NCBI GenBank assembly: GCA_000708835.1
Contig: DF237770.1
Location: 1-32,546, forward strand
DNA from: Klebsormidium nitens
Lineage: Eukaryota > Plantae > Klebsormidiophyceae
Direction: 5' to 3'
DNA length: 32,546 bases
The stretch's first letter is position 1. Each line of letters begins with the position of its first letter. The notes beneath the pieces were generated by a model. The model was not told where the DNA came from and did not search any database. It worked only from the letters and a program-made list of their open reading frames with translations. A program made the position numbers and the translations under genes. Positions 9,164 through 19,530 of this stretch are shown here, piece by piece.

Positions 9164-9464
9164 ATAACAGTAGACCTAGTAGAAATCCTTTTCCTCCAAA
9201 GAAAGTAGCGAATATGTATATAGCCTTCTTTAGTGTGAGGAAATTATAACAGTAGACCCAATAGATATCTTTCTTCTCCAAAAAAAGTAGCGAATATGTA
9301 TATAGCCTACTTTTGTGTAAAACAATTATAACAGTAGACCCAGTAGAAATCTTTCTTCTCCAAAGAGAGTGGCGAATATGTATATAGCCTACTTTTGTGT
9401 AAGGAAATGATAACAGTAGACCCAGTAGAAATCTTTCTTCTTCAAAGAGAGTGGCGAATATGTA
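9164..9464. repeat. AT-rich 82-bp tandem array, ~3.7 copies
   Basis: ATAACAGTAGACC starts at 9164, 9246, 9328 and 9410 (exact 82-bp period). Each unit contains GCGAATATGTA. Confidence 0.95.
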
Positions 9465-9871
9465 ACATATCAGAGCACGGAGAGGATCGGGGGTATTCTT
9501 GCAGCGGACGTACTTCTTTCTGAGTGCACAGCAGCTCGACGCAATTGCTAGTTACCACGATAATCGTATGTGGCGACCGCAACGATTTATAGAAAGCTTC
9601 GACCAGTTGAGAGAGGAGAGCATGGAAAACAGAAGCGCGATGGATGAAGTCGACAATCATATTGAGGAATGTGCCAAAAAGCTCATGATGCTCTCGCACG
9701 ACGTTGGTACAAATGATGTAGTGCGATTGGTTATCACTGGGAGAATGTAGGTTACCAATTGCCAAGTGTGAAAGAAGCTTTACCACCATAGTTCTCCATG
9801 CTCGGCCTTACACGCAAGGATTTGAACGGACTGCCTAAGAACCTGAAGCGAAAAGTGACGAACGCCCTCCA

Positions 9872-11224
9872 TTAAGGCCGGACCCACGAAGTTACGAAAC
9901 CTGAGGACCTATAGAAGGCGTCTCGCTTTCTGGACTGGGCGATCAACGGTCCCCACTTGTCTACTATGTCGACGATCAGAGGGGAGTGGCAACCTTTACT
10001 GCCTCTGGTGATCCTTCCTACGGTCTGCCGGATGTCGCTCTTGGGGGTCGCCATCACGAGCGAGTTCAGGCGGGGTATGTCCAGGCCCTCTGAAGCGATC
10101 GCGTACGTCCCTACGATGACCTGGCAGCCTTCTGCAACACCGTTGAAGGTCTCCCTATTCGTCCCGCCCAGGAAGAGGCCGGCCTCGAGCCCCCCTTCTT
10201 TGAGAGCCCCCTGCAAGGAGATGCAGTGGCTCCTTCGGTCGGATAGCACCAGGATGCAGCGCCCCTGTGCTGCCAGCTTCCGCACCTTGCCTAATATGAG
10301 GCTGTTCCTCGGGGGATCGTTGCAGAGAATGTCGATCATCTTGCAGATTGCCAGCTGCCCGTTTTTGAAGAGGGGGGGCTTTTCCTTGTAGACAACTTGG
10401 TCGTAACGAACCGCCTCCACGGAGACGCCACTCTCTTCCTTTCTCTCGACCAAGAAGCAGACCTCTCCGAGGTACCAGTTGATGACGTCCGTCAGCCCGT
10501 CCCGTCTGGCGACAAAGGCGCTGAGCCCCAGAGAGTAGGGCGTGCAGAGGTAGCTGAGGGCTCTCGAGAACACCTTTGCGGCCACGTGGTGGCATTCGTC
10601 AAAGATCACGAGGTCAAAGTCGTCAAAAATGGCCCGGTCGTAGCTCCTCATGCTCAGCAACTGCAGCATTCCTATCACAAAGTGGCAGCCCTCCGTGACA
10701 ATGTTTGCCCCCTGTATCCGGCCGACGCGCGCTCCGGGGGCGAAGGTCCCAATGCGCTCCTCCCACTGGGTCAGGAGCACCTCTTTGTGCACGACAATCA
10801 GGGTCTTGACCCGGAGGGTGCACGCGACGCTTATAGCACATAGCGTCTTACCCCAGCCAGTACACAGAGAAAGTATCCCGGCCCCGCGCTCCCGCAAGGC
10901 ATTAAGGGTGGTATTACAGGCACTGATCTGCTTGCGAGACTCGTCCAGTTCGCCCTTAAAAGCTGGGAAATCGTCCAGGACACGGGGTGCACTCCGGTTG
11001 TCAAAGGGCGCGGGCAAGTTGAGCCCCTCTAAGGGGACATGTGGTGGGAACGTGACGCTGCCATCATTGTGTTCTTCGAGGCAGCAGACGGACACCGGGA
11101 CCTTGGTGAAGCCGTCCTCGATTGCGGTCGCCGTGCAGCGAGCTCGGAGATCCGCAAGCGTGGAAGTGCTGAGGGCAGCAACCTGCTCGCTTGACAGCCG
11201 GTAGCCGCATCTGCCTAGTTCCAT
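9872..11224 (-). CDS. Superfamily 2 helicase, A18/XPB-like (nucleocytovirus type), apparently intact
   Basis: Motif I LSLCTGWGKT, Ia LIVVHKEVLLTQW, II IFDECHH, III GLSAF (SAT-like), V IASEGLDIPRL and VI QTVGRITR. ATG at 11224. Confidence 0.9.
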   Translation of the reverse strand: MELGRCGYRLSSEQVAALSTSTLADLRARCTATAIEDGFTKVPVSVCCLEEHNDGSVTFPPHVPLEGLNLPAPFDNRSAPRVLDDFPAFKGELDESRKQISACNTTLNALRERGAGILSLCTGWGKTLCAISVACTLRVKTLIVVHKEVLLTQWEERIGTFAPGARVGRIQGANIVTEGCHFVIGMLQLLSMRSYDRAIFDDFDLVIFDECHHVAAKVFSRALSYLCTPYSLGLSAFVARRDGLTDVINWYLGEVCFLVERKEESGVSVEAVRYDQVVYKEKPPLFKNGQLAICKMIDILCNDPPRNSLILGKVRKLAAQGRCILVLSDRRSHCISLQGALKEGGLEAGLFLGGTNRETFNGVAEGCQVIVGTYAIASEGLDIPRLNSLVMATPKSDIRQTVGRITRGSKGCHSPLIVDIVDKWGPLIAQSRKRDAFYRSSGFVTSWVRP

Positions 11225-11324
11225 GCTTGGCAAACTTTGCAAAAGGCTTTCTTCCTAAGTCATGCCTATTGACACTGGTGCGTTTAGATTGCACGATTTA
11301 TAATGGGCACCTCTTTCAAAAGGC

Positions 11325-12257
11325 ATGTTCAGTATCGATCTTGCAAAGCAATGCATTCAAGCAAATGGCCGTTCAGTACCACTCGTCTTGGTAGGGGAGG
11401 ATAAGCAACCATGGTTCCATGCGAACGAGGCTGCTACCCTCCTTGGTTATGTAAATTTCAAGAAAGCTGTCACAACCCACGTAAAGCCTCACAGAATAAA
11501 GACCCTTGAAGCCCTTGTACAACTGGACCCCGATCTGGGCACCGCCTTACAACCTAATGGTAACGACTTGCGTGCCCGTTACTGTAATGAATCGGGGCTT
11601 TGTCAACTTACACTCCGATCGAAACTCGAGATGGCAGACGCATTCCAAGACTGGATTGTGGATGAAGTCCTTCCTACTATAAGAAAGACAGGGGGGTACT
11701 AGGTGGTGGCCCCAGCAACACCCGAGACTCCAGAGGTAGATCAGTGGAGTCAGAAGCGTGTTGATGGCATCGAATTGCACAAGCTCAAGAACCATGCCTT
11801 GCAGGATGTACTGCAAGGTTGCGTGGGGCAAAATAGTCCCCAATTGTATGCAATTGTAAACAACCTGGTCAATCAGGTCGTGCTCAACTTCCAATGCACA
11901 AGTGGTAGGTTCAAGAAGGACCGTGATATACCGAATTACATGTCCATACCAGACTTCCTGGACTTTCATGGGCAAGTGACTCGTGCCAGCACAGAGATGA
12001 TCTTCCAAAAGTATCTCGCTGATCATAAGCATGAGCTGCAAAACATGCCAACCTCCCAGGTGATTGAGAGACTTCAACGACTCGCTCGTGACATGCAGCA
12101 GAGCAACGACCGTTTTGGAATCGGTGATCTTGCACAGAAGCTACTTGACCGCAAGACTGCTAACCTGCGGAAGAAGCAGCTTAAACTCGACCGGCAGGCA
12201 AACCTCGTTGCACCTTCGATGAATATCACCGACCTTATATCTACAAGTGCAGGCTAA
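11325..12257 (+). pseudogene. BRO-N domain protein interrupted by an in-frame TAG (11700-11702)
   Basis: PWFHANEAATLLGY..., NESGLCQLTLRSKLEMADAFQDWIVDEVLPTIRKTGGY is a classic Bro-N. The frame continues for 184 codons after a single TAG. Confidence 0.85.
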
Positions 12258-12265
12258 TGGTTTTC

Positions 12266-12631
12266 CTACTCGAATATATCTCTAGGGATTTCCTTAGAGT
12301 CCTCTGGCCTCCAAGCGAACTCTTTGCAATCCATCCAGTTCTTCGGCTTATTGTCTAGTCCCAGAATGACGTCCGACCGCTTCCTACGACGCGCTAGAAA
12401 TTGCCACGTAATGCATCTTCCACCCATGTTGAAGAACAACAGGTACAGACCGGTCGGGACCTTCGGGCGCGCAGCTTTTGACGCCGTCTTGTACTTGAGG
12501 ATGCCCACCGTGTACAGCTCCTCGCCGACACTCTCCGGATCTTCGCACTCGTTGTGCTCCCGGGCAATCTGGAGCCACCGAAGCGCGTCCTCGTAGGACC
12601 GGACAAGGACTCCCCACTCGGTGTTCCCCAT
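12266..12631 (-). CDS. Hypothetical protein (121 aa), virus-like orphan
   Basis: ATG-started, compactly packed tail-to-tail with the BRO gene, globular composition. Confidence 0.5.
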   Translation of the reverse strand: MGNTEWGVLVRSYEDALRWLQIAREHNECEDPESVGEELYTVGILKYKTASKAARPKVPTGLYLLFFNMGGRCITWQFLARRRKRSDVILGLDNKPKNWMDCKEFAWRPEDSKEIPRDIFE

Positions 12632-12695
12632 GATGTGCCCGCTCTTCCAATTCTCAAGTCCCTAAGTCACGGCCTGCCCCAGAATTGTATGCTCT

Positions 12696-13259
12696 TCATG
12701 CAGAACGCAAAGTGCCTCTGCCTCTAAAGGTCCTGTACGTAGCACGCTTCCCCGACGCAGCATCGCTCCAGAGGATCTGGCTTATAAGGTCTGTGGCTCT
12801 GTTTGCTGCACGTCTCGCGTCTCCATACTCTTCAGCAGACCCCCGCACTGGAGGCCCGTAACTCTGTGCGGCGGCAAGGGCAACCACACCGATGCTCATA
12901 CCGACTCCGAGGCCACCAAAATAAGCGCTATCGGGGCCACCTCCCAAATTTTCAAGAGCTTGGATGAAGTCGTGCCGCCAGACCACATAGCTTGAGGCTC
13001 CAATGAAGAAGGCGACGTTCGCAGCTGCTGCTTTCAATACATGCTTGAGCATCTTGCGCATGGCCACCTTTTGCTCCTTGCCGGACCTCTCGGCCACAAG
13101 ATGCACGAGTTCGGCACTGAGATCGTCCACCTTGCAGTTGTGGATTGGGTGGCGGAAGAAGTCAACGCCTTCGGAGATCCTCCGGGTCTCCATCCTGATC
13201 AGCAGGAATTTTGCATCCCAGCAGACAGTCTCACCACTGGGCGTGAATTCGAACACCAT
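12696..13259 (-). CDS. Hypothetical protein (187 aa) with two hydrophobic segments
   Basis: ATG start; hydrophobic stretches AAAANVAFFIGASSYVVW and YFGGLGVGMSIGVVALAAA. Confidence 0.5.
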   Translation of the reverse strand: MVFEFTPSGETVCWDAKFLLIRMETRRISEGVDFFRHPIHNCKVDDLSAELVHLVAERSGKEQKVAMRKMLKHVLKAAAANVAFFIGASSYVVWRHDFIQALENLGGGPDSAYFGGLGVGMSIGVVALAAAQSYGPPVRGSAEEYGDARRAANRATDLISQILWSDAASGKRATYRTFRGRGTLRSA

Positions 13260-13527
13260 GACCTTTGGGTTGAGGTGGGGCCTGAACTCATCGAAGGGAG
13301 GGGGGTGTCAAGGGGGTCAAGGTCTTTGTCATTGCCGCACACGACAGGGAACTCGAGCAGGGGGTCAAAGAGCAGGTCGGAACTGCAGTGTGCCTCAACC
13401 ACGTGCACACGAGGAGTCATGATGTGTATTGGGAGCATATTTCATCACCCCTCCCTGATTAGGTCTGGGTGGTACGCGGTGGATGTTTGCAAACGGTAGC
13501 AGGGGCAAAAGACAGATAAAATGAAGA

Positions 13528-14124
13528 GTGTACTGTAGTGAAATGATTCGCTGCAACGACTGGGTCCTCGGCAGCGGGGCCGGTGCAATCATGCTGGGGT
13601 ACACGACCCTACTTGTATACTATGCCATCTCATCGCCCAGTATTGCCGCACAGGCCCCTATTGCAAACCACCTACAGGACGCTACCGTCCAGCGGATCGA
13701 AGACAACATCGAAAACTTTTTAAACGGCTCCAAGTCGCAGATCTCGACCCTGGCAGAGCAGCTGGCATACGAACTCAAGGGAAAGGACGCTTCGTGGTCG
13801 TCGTTAACGGGGGTCCAAGGAGAGCTCTGGGGGGCAGTGGCGCAGAACACAAATATCGGAAACACCATCTTCCAGTCGACGAACAACCTTTCCACTTCAT
13901 TCTTTCGTAACAACACGATCTATGAGTACAGCCGAACCGCAGAGGACTCACCAGGGCTGCAGATCTTTCAGTTGGACGCATTTGGTCACAGAACGGACGC
14001 CCCTCCTTCCTTCGTGGCGTCACCCCCTCTTTCGCCGGCCGGCCATAAGCTTAGTCTAAAAAGCTTATCGGACGGTTCCCAGGCGCGCGGTGCACGTGGG
14101 TCTTATCGGACGGTCACGCGGTGA
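13528..14124 (+). pseudogene. Truncated membrane-anchored sensor domain resembling plant AHK1/CKI1-type histidine kinase ectodomains
   Basis: TM segment (GAGAIMLGYTTLLVYYA), a helical linker, then LWGAV..IGNTIFQSTNNLSTSFFRNNTIYEYS..IFQLDAFG. Coding character is lost after ~14020 where repeat-derived sequence begins. Confidence 0.4.
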
Positions 14125-14245
14125 AGCAGTAACCTGGACACGTGGCGTGTAGTGATTCAATAAGTCGATAGCGTATAATAACGGACGATGCGCGGCCGCG
14201 AGTTCAGCGCGCAGCCGGGAGTCGGTGCGCAGTCGTGCCGTTACA

Positions 14246-14703
14246 CCAGGAGCGAGAACGCGAGCTTCTGAGATGCGCTCGCCAGCGGGAGGGCCGCCGA
14301 GATGGACGCCAGATGGATGAACGGAAGTGCCGAGGTTGTAGGGACGCCGTTCGCCAGCAGAGCGACCATCGTAGGGCTCTCCGGGAGCGAGAACGCGAGC
14401 TCCCGACATGCGCTCGCCAGCAGGAGGGCCGCCGAGATGAGCGCCAGATGGGTGAACGGAAGTCACGAGGTAGTCGGGACGCCGTTCGCCAGCAGAGCGA
14501 CCATCGTAGGGCTCTCCAGGAGCGAGAACGCGAGCTCCTGAGATGCGCTCGCCAGCAGGAGGGCCGCCGAGATGGACGCCAGATGGATGAACGGAAGTGC
14601 TGAGGTTGTCAAGACGCCGTTCGCCAGCAGAGCGACCATCGTAGGGCTCTCCAGGTGCGAGAACGCGAGCTCCTGAGATGCGCTCGCCAGCAGGAGGGCC
14701 GCC
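14246..14703. repeat. 135-bp tandem array, ~3.4 copies
   Basis: Units CC(A/G)GG(A/T)GCGAGAACGCGAGCT... start at 14246, 14381, 14516 and 14651. They read as 45-aa repeats (GGPPAGERISGARVLAPGEPYDGRSAGERR...) on the minus strand. Confidence 0.95.
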
Positions 14704-15279
14704 AACCCCGAGCTGTTCCAACAAACGGACCAGAGTCAGCACTTCCAGGATATGCTCCAGAGTTGGCTGCCTGCCATGCCTCCCACGTCGCCATCCAAAA
14801 GGACCTCGGCTTACCCTTAAGGTAGGAAGACGCAATTCGCAGATACTCTGCATTGGGAGTAGCAACGAGATACTCCTCAATTATAGGCAACCACTGACGA
14901 ATGTCAAGACCACTCTCCTTGTTCTCGAACTTCGAGGGAGCAGAGGCCCTGGCTACCGCGTTAGCGTTCGGAGCAGCAATCTGATTCTGGGCTTGGCCCA
15001 ACGCGTTGTTCAGACGTACAATACGGTTAGCATTGCGCTCGTTCTGATGAGTCAACACAATCAGAGTCACTGGAGCATTTTGAAACGTCAGAGCCAGTGT
15101 TTCTGCCGCAATCCTCTCAGCATCAGTGCCAAGAGCCTGCCAGTACGCCTCAAACTGAGGACCTGTACGATTGGCAAAATTTGGTGCTACTGGTGGCGGT
15201 GGAGCAGCAGCAGCAGCAGCGGCGGCGGCGGCAGCAGCAGCAGCCCCAGGAACAGCAGCCGTAGTGAGTGCGCTGGCAT
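14704..15279 (-). mobile_element. gag: Ty3/gypsy gag relic (N-terminal/capsid part) of an internally deleted LTR retrotransposon
   Basis: APSKFENKESGLDIRQWLPIIEEYL...YLRIASSYLKGKPRSFW is a gag capsid signature. A poly-Ala/Pro leader lies upstream. The likely ATG at 15279 needs a 1-nt correction to join the frame. Confidence 0.75.
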
Positions 15280-15480
15280 GTTACGTAACGGTACACGGTA
15301 TTCACTAGGTATGTACCTGGGTACGGTTCTACGGTACCCGGTACCCGCAATACGGTATACCTAGGTACCTACCTAGCTAAATAGGCCCTAGGGTCAACGT
15401 AGAAATACCGTACGGGTACACAGCTACAGTACGGTACCTACAATAGGTAGTACTACCTAGTAGCCTGAGGCAGTACAGCA
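15280..15480. repeat. GTAC/CTAG palindrome-dense segment upstream of the gag relic
   Basis: 12 GTAC in 15291-15476. Perfect palindromes GTTACGTAAC (15280-15289) and TAGGTAGTACTACCTA (15444-15459). Confidence 0.85.
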
Positions 15481-15687
15481 CCATGCTGGTAGCGCACACT
15501 GGCAGTGGCAGCAATTGGCGCCTTCCTTGTTGCACGCCTCCTATGTCCAAGTCTTTCGACAGTTCTGCTCAGTTGCCAAGAGCCAAACAGCTAAAACTGC
15601 TTCTTGTTCGCTCTGCATGGTCATCCTGAGTCTGATTGCCCTTTTTAGAAGTTGTTTTGGTTGGGGCTTCAGGCAGTTGAGTTGGTC

Positions 15688-16320
15688 ATGGCTGAGCGCA
15701 CCCTCAGTGAAGCGATGCGGCTGAGTGAGGAGAGCACTCAAGAGTTTTTCACTGTTCGCACTCCTCCAGGAACCATTGGCGTGAGAAGTCAATTTAGGGT
15801 AGGCAAGTCCATCACATGGGTGTTTAACGAACCCATTCTGCGGAGGGTAGGAACTAATTTTGTCGATAGCATTGAAGTTGAGGCCCATGTTGTTCTGGAC
15901 ATGCTTCAAGTATATCTCCGTGCAGCGGCCGTGAAGCTGAGGATGCCCTACGGAGACTGGAAAGCACATTTTGTCAGATACTACAAGCAGGAAAAAGATT
16001 TCTTCCCCTCTATGGTTGATCGATTTCCCGGTCTGAAGCTTACCGAGGGTAGAGTTCAAGGCATGTTTCAGAAAGTGAAGAAGGAGTTCACATCGAAGGC
16101 GAGCTATGCGCAGCGGGTAAAAATCCTTACAACCCAGCTGAATGTTGGTGGCCACGGAGCTAGATCGGCGACTTCGTTAGAAAATGCGGCTGACAGCGAT
16201 GACTCATTGTGCCCGGAAATGATGGAGGTCCGACGAAAACATAAGGCACAAGCCCGCTTGGCTTCAAAGAACGCACCCGCACCCGCACACCCATTCGCCA
16301 AGTCCTTAGAGTGCAGGTAA
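15688..16320 (+). CDS. Hypothetical protein (210 aa)
   Basis: Uninterrupted ATG-started ORF with a globular N-terminal two-thirds and a low-complexity basic tail; no family recognised. Confidence 0.5.
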   Translation: MAERTLSEAMRLSEESTQEFFTVRTPPGTIGVRSQFRVGKSITWVFNEPILRRVGTNFVDSIEVEAHVVLDMLQVYLRAAAVKLRMPYGDWKAHFVRYYKQEKDFFPSMVDRFPGLKLTEGRVQGMFQKVKKEFTSKASYAQRVKILTTQLNVGGHGARSATSLENAADSDDSLCPEMMEVRRKHKAQARLASKNAPAPAHPFAKSLECR

Positions 16321-16874
16321 CCAATCCCCCTTATAAAGTAGTGCAGCTTGTGGTTTTAAGTAGACTGTGCGGGCACGTGGTCTTAGCTGACATCTTTTGA
16401 GGTGGGGCTCACGTGACTGCAATGTCTATCCTGGCTATATTATCTGTTCTTACACATAAAGGCCTGCATATTCCTTGCTTGTTGCCGACTTTTGAATGTT
16501 ATTATGTGCGTACAGATTATTGGAGAAGGTGGGGGTAGTGCAAGCGGAAACGTCCGGACAGGGTGCGTCAATAATGGCCGAGGAAGGCTCAGGGGAGTGG
16601 AGCAGGAGTGGGAGCGGGAGTGGGAGCTGGTCTGAAGCGGGGTCTGATGCCGGGGACTCGAGCGGGGCTCCGGGAGGTTGGGGAGGAGGCGATTGCAGCA
16701 AAGAAGACAGCGGTGAAGGAGACACTGTGGGGGGCAGTCGCGCAGTCAACCACCATCAGGCTATAAGTTTCAAAATCTGTTTTAGTATGCTTTTGGCGAT
16801 GGGTCACATCAATTCCCCTCCATGTCATCTTGCTAAAATATGCGTTGTCGGCTTGAGGTTGCCGCAATTTCTAT

Positions 16875-17930
16875 TTGTCAAGTGTCTGGAATGCTGCTTC
16901 AGCAAGAGATGCTTTAGCACAGCAAATGGAGCATCAACAGAATAGAAAGTGGATGTTGCGCGCACTGGTGCCTCTATGCAATCAATTTGATATTCTTTTC
17001 ATGTTCATGCAGTTGCGTGTGCTGTCTGCCGAGGAGCGCGCAAGTTTGCTGCTATCGACTGGCTCAGGCTGCGACGTTGTGTGGAAGGGATCCTGGGCGG
17101 TTGTTTGCCGCGTGCGCGTCTCCGCAGGGACGTCATGGGCTCGTATTTTCCCAGAATGGCTGGGGGCTGATGTTGCCGTCAAAGAGAATGACGATCAGGT
17201 GTCTAAGCTAGAGATCTCTGCCGCTGAGGTCCTTGTTGCGTCGACTTTCCAACACGAGAACATCGTCCGGCCATTCGCGGTCTCTCTAAGTGGTCCTCGG
17301 TCTCTTCTAGCCTTCTTTCATTACTACAACCAGGGCTCGCTGGAGTGAGTGCTGCAAAACCGGCAGTTGAAAGTATTGTCAGGGGCTTTGTATGAACCTC
17401 TTAGTAGGTATTGGTTGTTGGTGAGGGCTTGTTTGGGCCTTCTGAAGGGGATCGAGCACATCCACACACTAGGCTTTGTGCACAACGCTTTGAATCCTAA
17501 GAATCTCCTCGTCAACTTCGATGAGTCGAGTCAGGTGGTAACCATAGCGGTGAACGACTTTCGAAAGGCCACTCGACTTGTCGATAAAAGACGCCACCTG
17601 TGTTTTAGGATGATGAAATATCGGAACGAGTTTCTCCGGTCCAACCCGTTCGCTCCGGTAGAGTTTGGCGATGGGTCCACATTTTCAATAGCGACTGACA
17701 TGTTCTCAGTAGGTTGTCTGCTCGAGGAGATTCTTGGGCTGCAATTATACGTCAACAAGAAGGATCACTGTACATTCGGGGACAGGTTGTCAGAGAGTGA
17801 TGACTGGGAAGCAGTCATAGACCTTATAAAGAGGGCACAAAAAAGAGATCAGAGGTTGAGGCCCCACAGCGCTCAGATTATTGAACAATTCGAAAGACTA
17901 CAGACTTTCTTAGAAAACGACCTTGCATAA
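16875..17930 (+). pseudogene. Protein kinase-like pseudogene (degenerate Ser/Thr kinase fold)
   Basis: WKGSWAVV (Gly loop), DVAVKE, EVLVASTFQHENIVR, in-frame TGA at 17346-17348, GIEHIHTLGFVHNALNPKNLLV (catalytic Asp lost), NDFRKA (DFG altered), APVE and DMFSVGCLL. A Ser/Gly-rich segment at ~16570-16750 may be its N-terminus. Confidence 0.8.
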
Positions 17931-18458
17931 GTCGGTGTGCTATATCATCAAAGCTCAGTGGTGCATTTTGACTCAAATTGCGAAGCCATTACCATGCAGT
18001 CTTACAAAGGGCAAGTTGTTGAATCTAGCACATCTAATTGCCGTCATAAGACGGTGTAATGACAATGTTTATGTTTCTAGATGCTGAGTGGTAATACGAA
18101 GTGTTTATGCATCGTGATTGCTATCGAGCTGTCAATTTTATTTCGCTTATAGATGATGGCGTACATGGTTCATTGAGTAATTTGCGGTTCCCAATCAGTA
18201 CTGCGCTATCGATCTTCAAGCTCCATATATAGCATGAGATTCTATGTACAATCTCATTTGTAGGTAACGGCTGGCCGACGTACGTACGTATGCTCGTTCG
18301 ACCGGAAATTGAAAAGTGTGCTAACCCTTCTAACTTATGTTAGTAAAATCTCCTATGTTATACTCGAAGTACCTGTTGAAAGCATGCGCCAGATTCCTGA
18401 GACACCGAAACGACTTCTTGACTCCACACGTTGTCCTGCAATCTTCGTCCGACGCACC

Positions 18459-19530
18459 CTATAACCACGGACTGAAGCACAGACTCTTCTTCTTTACCTG
18501 CATCAGCAGATTTCCCTGCGCTGAGCTTAAACCGACTAAAGTGAGGACCTCTAAACTCTCCTTTTGGACGAGATTGACCAGAGACGCCATTGCAGCGTGG
18601 CTCAAACGATCGCACTCTTTGATCTCCATATATAGGATCCGCAGCAGGTTCAGGCTGCATAGGCATTCCATTAATTCTGTCGAAATCACCGTCCGCAGAT
18701 CGCCCAGATGAATCATTCCGGCCATGCTGCTTGGCGTCGTAAGACAATCCGTCAAGAACCTGCCAGAGACCCGAGTCGGCGCCATCCATCGGAGAGATAG
18801 ACTCCTGCTTTCCGATAACGAGTTCTCTGAGATTGGGGAAAACGTAGGGCGCGGCCAGCGAGAACATTTCGTCTTCCATTTCGAGACTGAGACTCAGCTT
18901 GCGGACCGTGTCAGCTCCCGCTATGTTGTCTATGGAGTACATAGGGACATGTTTCACTTTGAGCTCGATTACAGAATGGTCTAGCATTCTCGAAGAAGAC
19001 TCAATGTCCTGCCAAACACCGACAGCAGCTTCATGTTCCACGGTGCTCATGCCCACCTCAAACTCCAGCAGCTTTAGGGAACGCCCGCGCGCGCTGGGTA
19101 AAAACGAGCCGTCGCTGAGAGCGATGTCCTCTTGCCAGATATCATACTAGAAAAAGCTGAGGCGGTGCCAATCCTCGCGGCCCAGACCCGCGCGCAAGGT
19201 GATTCCGAAGCAGGGGCAGCTGATGCTCAGCTCCCGCAGGCTGCTGTAGTTTGCGAAAAATGCAAAAGTCCCATCCGACTTGCCAGGGCAGTCGTCTGGG
19301 TTTTGGAGGGTCACTTTGGTGGCGGTGGCTCTGAAGTGCTTGAAACGCTCGTTGGATACGGGCCGCGCGATCCCTCTGTAGTATGCGGACCGGTCTTTCT
19401 TAAGTCTGTCCAGGATGAGCGCGACGATTTCGGAAGGGAGCCGCGCGAACTGGTCCTCCACGGCGCTTTGACAGAAGCTTTCCAAAGATGCTGCTCTGCG
19501 GAATGAAGCATCTGCTGATCTGCGCCGCAT
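18459..19530 (-). pseudogene. F-box/LRR-like pseudogene
   Basis: F-box FARLPSEIVALILDRL, LRR-like YSSLRELSISC and FPNLRELVIG, in-frame TAG at 19147-19149, and a frameshift near 18730 into LRILYMEIKEC...LEVLTLVG. Confidence 0.75.

Noticed and set aside
9164-9464. CRISPR-like array
   Set aside because: Units are similar along their whole length, with no unique spacers and no cas genes.
9499-9750. Short plus-strand ORF
   Set aside because: Non-ATG start, 83 aa or less, no recognisable motif.
14011-14032. Minus-strand PPT (AAAGAGGGGG) plus TG as the start of an LTR for the gag relic
   Set aside because: No matching second LTR upstream of gag (15280-15600) and no TSD found.
15471-15490. Minus-strand CA|TGGTGCTG as a PBS for the gag relic
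   Set aside because: Only a short match to a possible tRNA 3' end and no identifiable LTR next to it.
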